Positions 1-7,897 of a stretch of DNA of 20,000 bases are shown here, piece after piece. A program made the translations under genes and the position numbers. This DNA is from Isosphaeraceae bacterium (GTDB lineage Bacteria > Planctomycetota > Planctomycetia > Isosphaerales > Isosphaeraceae): the NCBI GenBank assembly GCA_965201075.1, contig CBDAVP010000016.1, positions 490,660 through 510,659 of the forward strand. The letters are read 5' to 3'. Each line of letters begins with the position of its first letter. The first letter of the stretch is position 1. The notes below the pieces were generated by a model. It saw only the letters and a list, made by a program, of their open reading frames with translations. It did not search any database and was not told where the DNA came from.

Positions 1-1
1 G

Positions 2-1069
2 AGGATGACCGGGGAGCCCTTTCCCAACCCGCGAGTCTTCCGAGACTGGCAGCGTAATACCGCGACCCGGGGCGAATCGAACTCGGCCCTGGTCGCCGCC
101 CGCTGGCCGTCGGCCATTCTGGGAGCGGTCGGCTGCGTCGCGATCGCCGCGATCGGGACCTTGATCGGCGGGCCAAGAGTCGGCGTCCTCGCGGCGGTCC
201 TTCTGGCGATCAACCCGCTGTACGCCCTCCACGCCCGTCGAGCCATGGCCGACGTCCCCTGCCAGGCGTTTCTCTTGTTGACGCTCGCCCTGGGCTTGAG
301 AAACTGGAAGAACATCCTGAGCGACCAGGGTTCGACAAGCTCCGCGCTGGTTCTGGCGGGGGCCTCGGGCGTTTGCGGAGGGTTGACCGCGCTGGCCAAA
401 CTCAACGGCTTGATGGCGATGGTCGCGGTGGGGGGGTGGCTGGGGCTCGCGGTCGTCCTTCCCGGAATCGCGCGGGATCGGAAACTTAGACTCGCGGGCC
501 TGACCGTTGTTTCCGCCCTGGTCGCGATGGGCACCTTCCTCGTCCTGAATCCGACCCTCACCGCCAAACCTGGTCGCGGCGAGGCGTCCCAAAGTGGAAT
601 CATCGAGCGAGTACGCCTGATGCTTCGCCACCGGGTCGAGGTTTCCCAGGGAGCCAAAACCCAGTTTCCCGATGACGCGTTGCGCAGGCCAATCGAAAAG
701 GTGGAAGTCGCGGCCGTGCAGGGGTTTGGCCGATTCGGACCGTTTGGTCCCCGCCACTCCGATTCCACCCGCCGATTCGACTGGAAGCAGGACCGAGGGG
801 CTTTGATCTGGCTCCCCTGGGTGGCCGTCGGGTTGGCATGGGCCGTGTGGCGTGGGCGGGTCCAAAAGAAGGACGGCGATCCCCCCACAGCGTGGGCGGT
901 CGCTCTGTCGGCGTTGCTGACCCTGGCCGCCGTGACGGCCTTCCTCCCTCTCGCCTGGGACCGCTACCTGCTGGATCTTCAGCCAATGAGTGCCCTTCTG
1001 GCGGCGGGCGTCGCCGCGGCGGGACTCGAACGGCTCCGAGGGCGACCCGTGCCGGCGGAGTCCTCATGA
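2..1069 (+). CDS. ArnT/PMT-like (GT39/GT83, GT-C fold) membrane glycosyltransferase, probably 5'-partial
   Basis: Frame is open to the window edge. Many TM segments. Motifs LLAINPLYALHARRAMADVP, GLTALAKLNG and LPLAWDRYLL resemble PMT_2-type enzymes. Stop TGA 1067-1069 overlaps the next ATG. Confidence 0.7.
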   Translation, partial: RMTGEPFPNPRVFRDWQRNTATRGESNSALVAARWPSAILGAVGCVAIAAIGTLIGGPRVGVLAAVLLAINPLYALHARRAMADVPCQAFLLLTLALGLRNWKNILSDQGSTSSALVLAGASGVCGGLTALAKLNGLMAMVAVGGWLGLAVVLPGIARDRKLRLAGLTVVSALVAMGTFLVLNPTLTAKPGRGEASQSGIIERVRLMLRHRVEVSQGAKTQFPDDALRRPIEKVEVAAVQGFGRFGPFGPRHSDSTRRFDWKQDRGALIWLPWVAVGLAWAVWRGRVQKKDGDPPTAWAVALSALLTLAAVTAFLPLAWDRYLLDLQPMSALLAAGVAAAGLERLRGRPVPAESS

Positions 1070-2553
1070 GTCGGCCCCAACACGCGGCCGACGCGGCTCC
1101 CTGGGTCTTCGCGATCCTGCTGGCGAGCTACGGCTTCTTCTGGCACTCCCGAGACTGGAATACTGCCAGCCGCCTGATGCTGACCTACAGCCTGGTCGAC
1201 CGGGGGACGATCCGGATCGACGGCCTCGAAAGGCAGACGGGGGATCGCGCCCGCTTCGAGGGGCATTCCTATACCGACAAGCTTCCCGGCTTTCCGCTGC
1301 TGGCGACTCCCGCCTACGCCGCGGCCAAAGTCCTCCGGGGCCTGCCCGATCACCCTCTCGGTGTTCCCGGTCTCCCTCACTGGGAGGCCGACTACTGGAC
1401 CACCTTGGGAACCTCCGGCCTGGCGACCGCCCTGCTCGGTGCCCTGCTGGTCCGCTGGTCGCGCGACCTCGGGTGCGGGTCGGGGTCGTCGGCGTTGGTG
1501 GGTCTGGCGTATGGTCTGGCCACTCCGGCTTACACCTATGCGACCCTGGCGTATGGGCATCAAGTCTCCGCCCTGGCGTTGCTCGCGGCGTTTCGCTGGA
1601 TCTGGAACGCACCCGGATCGAACCGAGTGGCGGGACGGCTGGCGATGGCTGGATTCGCCTCGGCGACGGCGGCGGTCATCGAGTTACAGGTCGGCCCCGT
1701 GGCGGCGGTCCTGGGCGGATATGGCGTCGCCCTGGCCCTCGGCGGGCGTATCCCGGCCTCTGGGGTCGCGGCGTTTGGTCTGGGGGCGGTCGTTCCGTCG
1801 TTGGTGCTTCTGGGTTACAACCAACTCGCTTACGGCTCGCCCTGGGACATGGGCTATTTCCACGAGGTCCACAGCCAATTCGCCCGGGTTCACTCCCGGG
1901 CGAACCCACTGGGCCTGGGCGGTCCGGACTGGTCTCGATTGCTGCCGTTGCTGGTCGGTCGTCGTCGAGGGTTGCTGGTGTTCGCCCCGGTGCTCCTCCT
2001 CGCGGCGCCGGGTTGGTTCGCCCTGGTGGCCCGGCGGTTCGCGGGGGTGGCGATCGTCTCACTGGCGGCCTGCGTGGCGGTCTTCCTGGTGAACCTGAGC
2101 TATCCCGAGTGGACGGGAGGCTGGTCGACTGGCCCCCGGCTACTGGTCCCACTGCTGCCCTTCGCGATGCTGGCCGTGGCCGGTGCCCTGGCCTCGGGCG
2201 GTTGGGCCGCCACCGCGCCGGCGATTGCCCTGACCCTTTGCGGGGCCCTGGCGATGCTGCTCTATCAAGGAGTCGGGGGGCGAATCCCCCACGCCTACCC
2301 GGACCCCCTGCTCGACCCGGTCTGGCCACTCTGGCGGGGCGACCTCTTGCCGTCGGGCTGGGTCAACGGGGAGCGCTTCTCCTGGACCCTGGTTTCCTGG
2401 CTCGCCCCCGAGCGGTTGGACCAGTGGCCCGAATCGCGACGATGGGTCCAGTTCCTGCCCCTTGTCGCCTTCCAGTTGGTGGCGATCGGCCTGACCTTCC
2501 GCCTTTGCCGATCGCCAGACGCCCCGACCCGGGTCAGGCCGCGCGATCCTTGA
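1066..2553 (+). CDS. Polytopic membrane protein, putative GT-C glycosyltransferase-like (495 aa)
   Basis: ATG 1066 overlaps the upstream stop (ATGA), so it is preferred over 838. About 11-13 hydrophobic helices. First loop DWNTASR...YTDKLPG and late WTGGWSTGPRLLVP motif resemble GT-C-like membrane proteins. Confidence 0.65.
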   Translation: MSRPQHAADAAPWVFAILLASYGFFWHSRDWNTASRLMLTYSLVDRGTIRIDGLERQTGDRARFEGHSYTDKLPGFPLLATPAYAAAKVLRGLPDHPLGVPGLPHWEADYWTTLGTSGLATALLGALLVRWSRDLGCGSGSSALVGLAYGLATPAYTYATLAYGHQVSALALLAAFRWIWNAPGSNRVAGRLAMAGFASATAAVIELQVGPVAAVLGGYGVALALGGRIPASGVAAFGLGAVVPSLVLLGYNQLAYGSPWDMGYFHEVHSQFARVHSRANPLGLGGPDWSRLLPLLVGRRRGLLVFAPVLLLAAPGWFALVARRFAGVAIVSLAACVAVFLVNLSYPEWTGGWSTGPRLLVPLLPFAMLAVAGALASGGWAATAPAIALTLCGALAMLLYQGVGGRIPHAYPDPLLDPVWPLWRGDLLPSGWVNGERFSWTLVSWLAPERLDQWPESRRWVQFLPLVAFQLVAIGLTFRLCRSPDAPTRVRPRDP

Positions 2554-3604
2554 GGGCGGCGGCCAACTGAGCGGCCACGGCCTGGTAGACTCGCCCGGGG
2601 GTCAATTCGGCCATGCACTCCAGGCGAGGACAGGTCTTGACGCAACTCGCGGCGCACCAGACCTGGGTCGAGACCGAGACCGCCCTTGGACCATAGGCCC
2701 CCGTGAGGTGCGCCGAGGTGCAGGTGTGGACGCCGACGGTATGCACGCCGGTCGCGACGGCCAGGTGAAGCGGGCCGGTGTCGTTGGACAGGAAGAGCTG
2801 CGACTCGGCCGCCACCATCGCCAGTTGCGGCAAGGTCGTCCGTCCGCAAAGGTCGAGGCTGGGGACCATCCCCAGGACGTCGCGGACCTTCTCAACCAAA
2901 GGGCGATCCTCGGGAGCCCCGACCAGGATGATCCCGGCTCCCAGGCGGTCGGCGGCCCGGCGGGCGACCTCGGCGAACGACTCGGGCGGCCAGCGCTTGG
3001 TCAACCACCGGGCCCCCACGTTCAGGACCAGACGAGGGCCGATCACCCCCGCCAAGGTCGAGCGAGCCCAGCGACGGGCCTCCTCCCAGGGCGGCAGCAC
3101 GAACCGGGGACGCGAAACGTCGATCCCCAATGCGCCCGGGATCGCCAGCAAGCGGTCCACCGCATGGGGTTCCGGCTCGATTGGCGGGACGTGGTGGGTG
3201 TAGAACCACGTCGAGCCTTCCCGGGCGTTCGCCGCGCCAATCCTGACCGGAGCCCGGCTGGCCCTGGCCATGATCCCCGACCGCAGGAGGCCCTGGAGGT
3301 CCACCACCAGGTCGAACCGCCGTTGCCGCAAATCCTTCAGAAATCCCAGGGTCGAGCCAATCCCCGAGGGGGTCAAACGGGCCCGCGACCGATCGAAGGG
3401 GATGACCTCGTCAAGCTGGGGGTGGCCGTCCAGGAGGGTTCGCAAGCCCCGGTTGACGACCCAGGCGATGTGGGCCTCGGGATAGCGGCCGCGCAGGGCC
3501 GCGAGGGTCGGCAAGGCGTGAATGATGTCGCCCAGCGAGCTCGGCTTGAGGATGCCGATGCGTCGGGGTTGGAAATCCGCGGGCGGGGCGCTCGGTCGGG
3601 TCAT
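2534..3604 (-). CDS. Glycosyltransferase family 9, LPS heptosyltransferase (WaaC/WaaF-like), 356 aa
   Basis: N-terminal ILKPSSLGDIIHALP, then FDLVVDLQGLLRS, GARWLTKRWP and FLSNDTGPLHLAVA are GT9 hallmarks. ATG 3604 has AAAGGGAG (3615-3622) upstream. The longer ORF to 3991 overlaps the opposite gene. Confidence 0.9.
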   Translation of the reverse strand: MTRPSAPPADFQPRRIGILKPSSLGDIIHALPTLAALRGRYPEAHIAWVVNRGLRTLLDGHPQLDEVIPFDRSRARLTPSGIGSTLGFLKDLRQRRFDLVVDLQGLLRSGIMARASRAPVRIGAANAREGSTWFYTHHVPPIEPEPHAVDRLLAIPGALGIDVSRPRFVLPPWEEARRWARSTLAGVIGPRLVLNVGARWLTKRWPPESFAEVARRAADRLGAGIILVGAPEDRPLVEKVRDVLGMVPSLDLCGRTTLPQLAMVAAESQLFLSNDTGPLHLAVATGVHTVGVHTCTSAHLTGAYGPRAVSVSTQVWCAASCVKTCPRLECMAELTPGRVYQAVAAQLAAALKDRAA

Positions 3605-3644
3605 CGGCGGGGAACTCCCTTTCCCGCGGCGATCGGGCGGCGGT

Positions 3645-3673
3645 ATCGTAGCCGGCGGCCCGCCGGTTGACAA
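3645..3673 (-). promoter_or_regulatory. Putative sigma70-type promoter for the heptosyltransferase gene
   Basis: Minus strand TTGTCA (3673-3668), 17-nt spacer, TACGAT (3650-3645), about 40 nt upstream of ATG 3604, in the divergent intergenic gap. Confidence 0.55.
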
Positions 3674-3701
3674 TCGCGGAGGCGGGCGGGAGGGGCGCCG
3701 A

Positions 3702-4658
3702 GTGACGTCGAGCCTGATTCTGATCGGCCTGATCGCCGTGGGCCTTGAGCGGGGCGAGGCCACCTTCCGACCCACCGCCGCCGAGGCCCAGGTTCCCGAA
3801 ACCTTCCGCCTGGCCGCGGCCACCTTCCCCTTCGAGCGGGAACCCCTCCGCGACGAGCCCCGGTTCGACGTCTCGGCCGTCCGGTTCCCCTCGCCGGTCG
3901 AGTCGCCCGACCCCGTCAATAACACCGTGAGGGCCGAGTACTTCCGTCCCAAGGTCGAGGGCCGACGACCGGGCGTGGTGGTCCTGCACATCCTGGGCGC
4001 CGACTTCGCTCTGTCCCGCTACCTGGCCGCCCGCCTGGCCGAACGCGGGGTCGCGGCCTTGTTTGTCCAGCTACCCTATTACGGCGAACGACGGCCCCCC
4101 GGCACCGACCGCCGTTTCCTCTCGGCCGACGTCGAGCGGTCGATGCTCGCCATGAGGCAAGGCATCTGCGACGTCCGTCGAGCGGCGGCCTGGCTGGCGA
4201 GCCGCGAGGAAGTTGACCCCTCGCGGATCGGCGTGGCGGGCATCAGTCTGGGGGGGATCATCGGCTCGGTGGCGACGGCCGTCGACCCGGCGATCACGTC
4301 GGTCGCTCCGGTGCTGGCCGGTGGGGATCTGGCCAATGTCCTCTGGGAGATGCCGGAGTCCGCCCGCTACCGCAAGCGGTGGACCGATTTGGGGCGAACC
4401 AAGGCCGACCTTGTCGCCCTCACCGCCCCGTTTGACCCTCTGACCCACGCCGACCGACTTCGAGGCAAACGCGTCTTGATGGTCGCCGGCTCGGTCGACG
4501 AGGTGATCCCCCCCGCCTCGGCCCGGGCCCTATGGGAGGCGGCGGGTCGACCTCCGATCCGCTGGTGTCCCTGCGGCCATTACTCCTCGGCCGGGTTCCT
4601 GCTGCCGATTCTCCGCGAGGTCGTCGAGTTCTTTGCCGAGACCCCCGCTTCGAGATGA
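3702..4658 (+). CDS. Alpha/beta hydrolase (esterase/peptidase-like), possibly exported
   Basis: Nucleophile elbow GISLG, candidate Asp (GSVDEVIP) and His (CGHYS). GTG 3702 follows GGGAGGGG. Short hydrophobic N-terminus SLILIGLIAVGL. Confidence 0.8.
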   Translation: MTSSLILIGLIAVGLERGEATFRPTAAEAQVPETFRLAAATFPFEREPLRDEPRFDVSAVRFPSPVESPDPVNNTVRAEYFRPKVEGRRPGVVVLHILGADFALSRYLAARLAERGVAALFVQLPYYGERRPPGTDRRFLSADVERSMLAMRQGICDVRRAAAWLASREEVDPSRIGVAGISLGGIIGSVATAVDPAITSVAPVLAGGDLANVLWEMPESARYRKRWTDLGRTKADLVALTAPFDPLTHADRLRGKRVLMVAGSVDEVIPPASARALWEAAGRPPIRWCPCGHYSSAGFLLPILREVVEFFAETPASR

Positions 4659-4660
4659 AT

Positions 4661-4678
4661 AGATTCGGGCGCGAATCT
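4661..4678. promoter_or_regulatory. Perfect 7-4-7 inverted repeat (hairpin or operator)
   Basis: AGATTCG-GGCG-CGAATCT just after the hydrolase stop and about 60 nt upstream of the Cys-rich mini gene. No U-tract follows. Confidence 0.3.
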
Positions 4679-4739
4679 TGCGAGGCATATGGGTCCACGC
4701 CCGCCGCCCGGCTGCCATCCCCAACCCGGAGCCGACCCG

Positions 4740-4928
4740 ATGGAAACCTCGCCAACCGCTTCCTCGACGACCCTTGACAAGGGCCAGCGTCTGGTTTGCT
4801 CACAATGCGAGTCGGAGATTGAGATCGTCAACCCCTGCTCCTGCGAGCCTCGCGACCAGGTCCTGAAGTGTTGCGGACAGGACATGGTTCCCGCCGGGGG
4901 ACGAACGGTCAACCTCGGCGTGGAGTAA
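4740..4928 (+). CDS. Small Cys-rich desulforedoxin-like metal-binding protein (62 aa)
   Basis: METSPTASSTTLDKGQRLVCSQCESEIEIVNPCSCEPRDQVLKCCGQDMVPAGGRTVNLGVE: CxxC...CCGxxM pattern plus an extra CxC. GGAG lies upstream of ATG 4740. Confidence 0.7.
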   Translation: METSPTASSTTLDKGQRLVCSQCESEIEIVNPCSCEPRDQVLKCCGQDMVPAGGRTVNLGVE

Positions 4929-5025
4929 AGCCCGATCGCGCCTCGGGGCACGACGCGATTGCGGCCCCGGGGCTCTCACGGTATCCTCCGGCCGGACCTA
5001 CCGAGGCGACGGACGAGGGATTGTC

Positions 5026-5436
5026 ATGGCGGCCCGAGTGACCAGCGTTTTCCTGTACGTCGACGACGTCCTCCGCTCCCTGGAGTTCTACCACGAGATC
5101 GTCGGCGCCGAGGTCGTCCAGGTCCACGCCGAGCACGAAGGAGCCCCTATCTCCCTGGCCCTGCTCCGTTTGGGGGATTTTACCCTGATGCTCCACCCCC
5201 GAGCCGAGCACGAGGCCGAGTTCGAGGGGCAAAGAGTCGGCCTGGGCATCCACCTGCAACTCAAGGTTGAGGACGTCGACGCCTTCCATCAGCACTGCTT
5301 CGACGAAGGGGCCATGATGGCCGTCTCGGGAGACCCGGTGGACCAGTCCTGGGGCTGGCGGGAGTTCGCCCTCAAGGATCCCGACGGCTACGTCTGGTCG
5401 ATCTACCAGGACAAATCCGGCGGGAAGTGGGCCTGA
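5026..5436 (+). CDS. VOC family (glyoxalase/bleomycin resistance-like) protein
   Basis: LYVDDVLRSLEFY, LKVEDVDAF and DQSWGWREFALKDPDGYVW are typical VOC motifs. GAGGGA RBS. Confidence 0.9.
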   Translation: MAARVTSVFLYVDDVLRSLEFYHEIVGAEVVQVHAEHEGAPISLALLRLGDFTLMLHPRAEHEAEFEGQRVGLGIHLQLKVEDVDAFHQHCFDEGAMMAVSGDPVDQSWGWREFALKDPDGYVWSIYQDKSGGKWA

Positions 5437-5453
5437 TGGATCCGCGGCGGACG

Positions 5454-6173
5454 TCACTCGTCCCGGTTGTCGGCCAGGGCCAGGACCAACGCCGAGACCG
5501 CCAGCCCGGCCGTCTCCACCCTCAATAAGGTCGTCCCCATCCCCACGACCCGCCAACCGGCGGCTTGAGCCTGGGCAACCTCCTCGTCGGTGAAGCCACC
5601 CTCGGGGCCGATCGCCAGTGTCACGGCCCGATCGCGGTCACATCTTGGCCAACGAAGGGCGGGCAAGCCTCCCGGGTGCGCGACGAGGCGGAGGGGCGTC
5701 GATGTTGCCGCCAGGAGTTCGGCCCAGCGGATCGGCTCGACAATCTCCATCAGCCAGTCCCGCCCGCACTGCTTGGATGCCTCGACCACGCGCCTGCGTA
5801 GCTTCTCCAGCTTCGCCGAGCGCGGGTCGACGATGCTGCGAGCCGTATTCAGGGGCTGGAGCCGGGCGACCCCCAACTCGGTGGCCTTCTCGACCAGCCA
5901 GTCCGCGCGATCCCCCTTGGGCATCGCGGTGGCCAGGGTCAACTCGCAAGCGGGCGGCGAGCTGGGCGGAAGGGTTTCGACAATCCTGAGGCGAACTTGA
6001 TCCCTCGACGTCTCCAGGACTTCAGCGTTCCAGGTCGACCCGCGCCCATCGAACACAACCACGAATTCACCAAGACCGACGCGGCGGACGCGGGCCAGGT
6101 GGTGGGCCTCGTCCCCACCGAGGGTTAGGACATCACCGACGGGCGGGTCGGGGGCATGAAACCGATCGGCCAC
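5454..6173 (-). CDS. rsmE: 16S rRNA m3U1498 methyltransferase RsmE
   Basis: EAHHLARVRR, KGDRADWLVEKATELGV, EASKQCGR, IGPEGGFT and LLRVETAG. Start placed at GTG 6173. Confidence 0.95.
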   Translation of the reverse strand: MADRFHAPDPPVGDVLTLGGDEAHHLARVRRVGLGEFVVVFDGRGSTWNAEVLETSRDQVRLRIVETLPPSSPPACELTLATAMPKGDRADWLVEKATELGVARLQPLNTARSIVDPRSAKLEKLRRRVVEASKQCGRDWLMEIVEPIRWAELLAATSTPLRLVAHPGGLPALRWPRCDRDRAVTLAIGPEGGFTDEEVAQAQAAGWRVVGMGTTLLRVETAGLAVSALVLALADNRDE

Positions 6174-6289
6174 GGCGCGGAACCCTTGGGATCGTCGCAA
6201 ACCTCAAAGTCGGCCGGTCAGCCTATCCGATGGGGAAGGTAGGTCCCAGCCTTTTGGGTGCGCGGATCGATCCTCGGAGTTCGTCAAGG

Positions 6290-7066
6290 ATGGTGAATCG
6301 GCACTGGGGCCTGAACCGTGACCCCTTCGCTCCCGGTCGGGGCCCCTTCGTGGAAACCCCAGGGGCCCAAGAGGCGGTCGAGCGGCTGGTCCATGTGGTC
6401 GAGTCCGGCGACCGTCGCGTCAAGCTGTCCGCCCCGGCCGGAAGCGGCAAGTCGCGCATCCTGGCCGAAGTGGCCCATCGCCTGCGAGGGCCCACACGGC
6501 GAGTGGCCAGGGTTTCCGCGGCGCCGGATCTGGACGCCGTGGCTCGGGAGTTCGCCGAACGGCTGGGAGTTCGGTCGCGGACACCTGGCGAAGCTCCGCA
6601 CGGGTGGCGGAAGCTGGCCGAGGCGGTCCGACTTTGCCGTTGGCAGAAGCTCGGGGTCGTCCTGGTGGTCGACGACTCCCAAGAGGCGGGCCCCGGAGTC
6701 GACTGGTCGCGGCTGGCTCGGATCGACCCGCACCCCGCGACCCGCTTGACGTTGATTGTCTCGGGCCGGGCTTCGGCCGATGGGGAGGCCGCCGACCCCT
6801 GGGAGTTGGCGGTCCGTCTCCCCGCGATGAGCCGGACCGAGACGGCCCACTACCTGGAATGCCGACTGGTCGACGCCGGGCGGGTCGGCCCGACATTCAC
6901 CCCCCGGGCGGTGACGCGGCTGCACGGTTTGACGGGCGGGTTGCCGGGCGGGGTGGATCGCCTGGCCTCGTTGGCCCTGGTGGGGGGGGCGGTCCGTCGG
7001 CTGGAGATGATTTCGCCGGAGGTGGTCGAGGGGGTCGCGGCCGAGTGCTTGCCCGCCGGGCGCTGA
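6290..7066 (+). CDS. ExeA/GspA-like AAA-family P-loop protein (short; catalytic motifs degenerate)
   Basis: N-terminal HWGLNRDPF, Walker A APAGSGKS, Walker B-like VVLVVDDSQ, ETAHYLECRL..AG...FT..AV..LH..TGGLP. ATG 6290 is preferred because it matches the usual ExeA N-terminus. Confidence 0.75.
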   Translation: MVNRHWGLNRDPFAPGRGPFVETPGAQEAVERLVHVVESGDRRVKLSAPAGSGKSRILAEVAHRLRGPTRRVARVSAAPDLDAVAREFAERLGVRSRTPGEAPHGWRKLAEAVRLCRWQKLGVVLVVDDSQEAGPGVDWSRLARIDPHPATRLTLIVSGRASADGEAADPWELAVRLPAMSRTETAHYLECRLVDAGRVGPTFTPRAVTRLHGLTGGLPGGVDRLASLALVGGAVRRLEMISPEVVEGVAAECLPAGR

Positions 7067-7133
7067 CAGGCGGTCTCGTCCCGTGGTAAAAGGGAACCAT
7101 CGCCCTGGAACGCACCCGAGAGACGCCCGCCCG

Positions 7134-7661
7134 ATGTCCCGCCCCGCGATCGACTTGAAGAAGCCGGTGCTGGCCGCCCTGCTGGCCTGGCTGGTGCCGG
7201 GGCTGGGTCACTTTTACCAGGGGCGGGTCCGCAAGGGGCTGCTCTATCTGAGCTGCATCTTAGGACTCTATCTGGTGGGCCTGGCAATGGGCCACTGGCA
7301 GGTCGTCTACTGGACCTGGGTTGATCCTCGAGTCGATTCCGAGAAGTTCCGCGTGACCTTTCTAGGCCAGGTCGGCGTCGGGCTGCCGGGGCTCTGGGCG
7401 ATCCTCCAGGCGACGCTCAACTACTACGGCCATGCGACGATCGGTTCATTCCTGGCCGAACCGTCGACTCAAGAGATCAACGCGCTTCACCCCTCGTTGA
7501 ACCGGCTTCTGGAGATCACGTCGCTGTATACGACGATCGCGGGCCTGCTCAACGTGTTCGCCATCTTCGACGCCTACGCCGGTCCGGCCCTGGACGGGAT
7601 CGAGGCGAACCCCGACCCGTTGCAGGCGTCGGAACGGGTCCAGGCGGGAGCGCGAGCCTGA
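7134..7661 (+). CDS. Membrane protein, DUF6677-like (TM2-like N-terminal motif)
   Basis: AALLAWLVPGLGHFYQGR and YTTIAGLLNVFAIFDAY; about 4 TM segments. Family name is from recall. Confidence 0.65.
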   Translation: MSRPAIDLKKPVLAALLAWLVPGLGHFYQGRVRKGLLYLSCILGLYLVGLAMGHWQVVYWTWVDPRVDSEKFRVTFLGQVGVGLPGLWAILQATLNYYGHATIGSFLAEPSTQEINALHPSLNRLLEITSLYTTIAGLLNVFAIFDAYAGPALDGIEANPDPLQASERVQAGARA

Positions 7662-7837
7662 TGAACGTCTACTGGTACGCGATACCGGTGGTGGCCGCGT
7701 TCAGCCTCGTGTACGCGGCCTCCCGGCACGAATCCTGGCCGAAAATCTTCCGCCATGCGTTGAGGCTGGCGTTGTCGATCACCGGCATCATGGTCGCGAC
7801 AATGGCGGCGTTGTTGCTCATCAACGCTCAACTCTGA
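7661..7837 (+). CDS. Small two-helix membrane protein (58 aa), absent from the ORF track
   Basis: Hand translation: MNVYWYAIPVVAAFSLVYAASRHESWPKIFRHALRLALSITGIMVATMAALLLINAQL*. ATG overlaps the upstream TGA (TGATG), GGGAG RBS at 7646-7650, GC-rich third codon positions. Confidence 0.8.
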   Translation: MNVYWYAIPVVAAFSLVYAASRHESWPKIFRHALRLALSITGIMVATMAALLLINAQL

Positions 7838-7897
7838 TACGACGAGGGCCGCCCCGATCGTGGGGACAGGACGGCCGCGTCAGTCGCGATCCAGGCG

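Noticed and set aside
3605..3991. N-terminal extensions of the GT9 ORF (to 3991) and the hydrolase ORF (from 3522)
   Set aside because: They would overlap head-to-head. Better starts with RBS exist at 3604 and 3702, with a promoter-like element between them.
4655..4777. 40-aa ORF starting at the ATGA overlap with the hydrolase stop
   Set aside because: No motif or RBS, and it overlaps the better-supported Cys-rich gene out of frame.
4931..4975. GC-rich hairpins after the Cys-rich gene as a terminator
   Set aside because: No U-tract, and such stems are common at this GC content.
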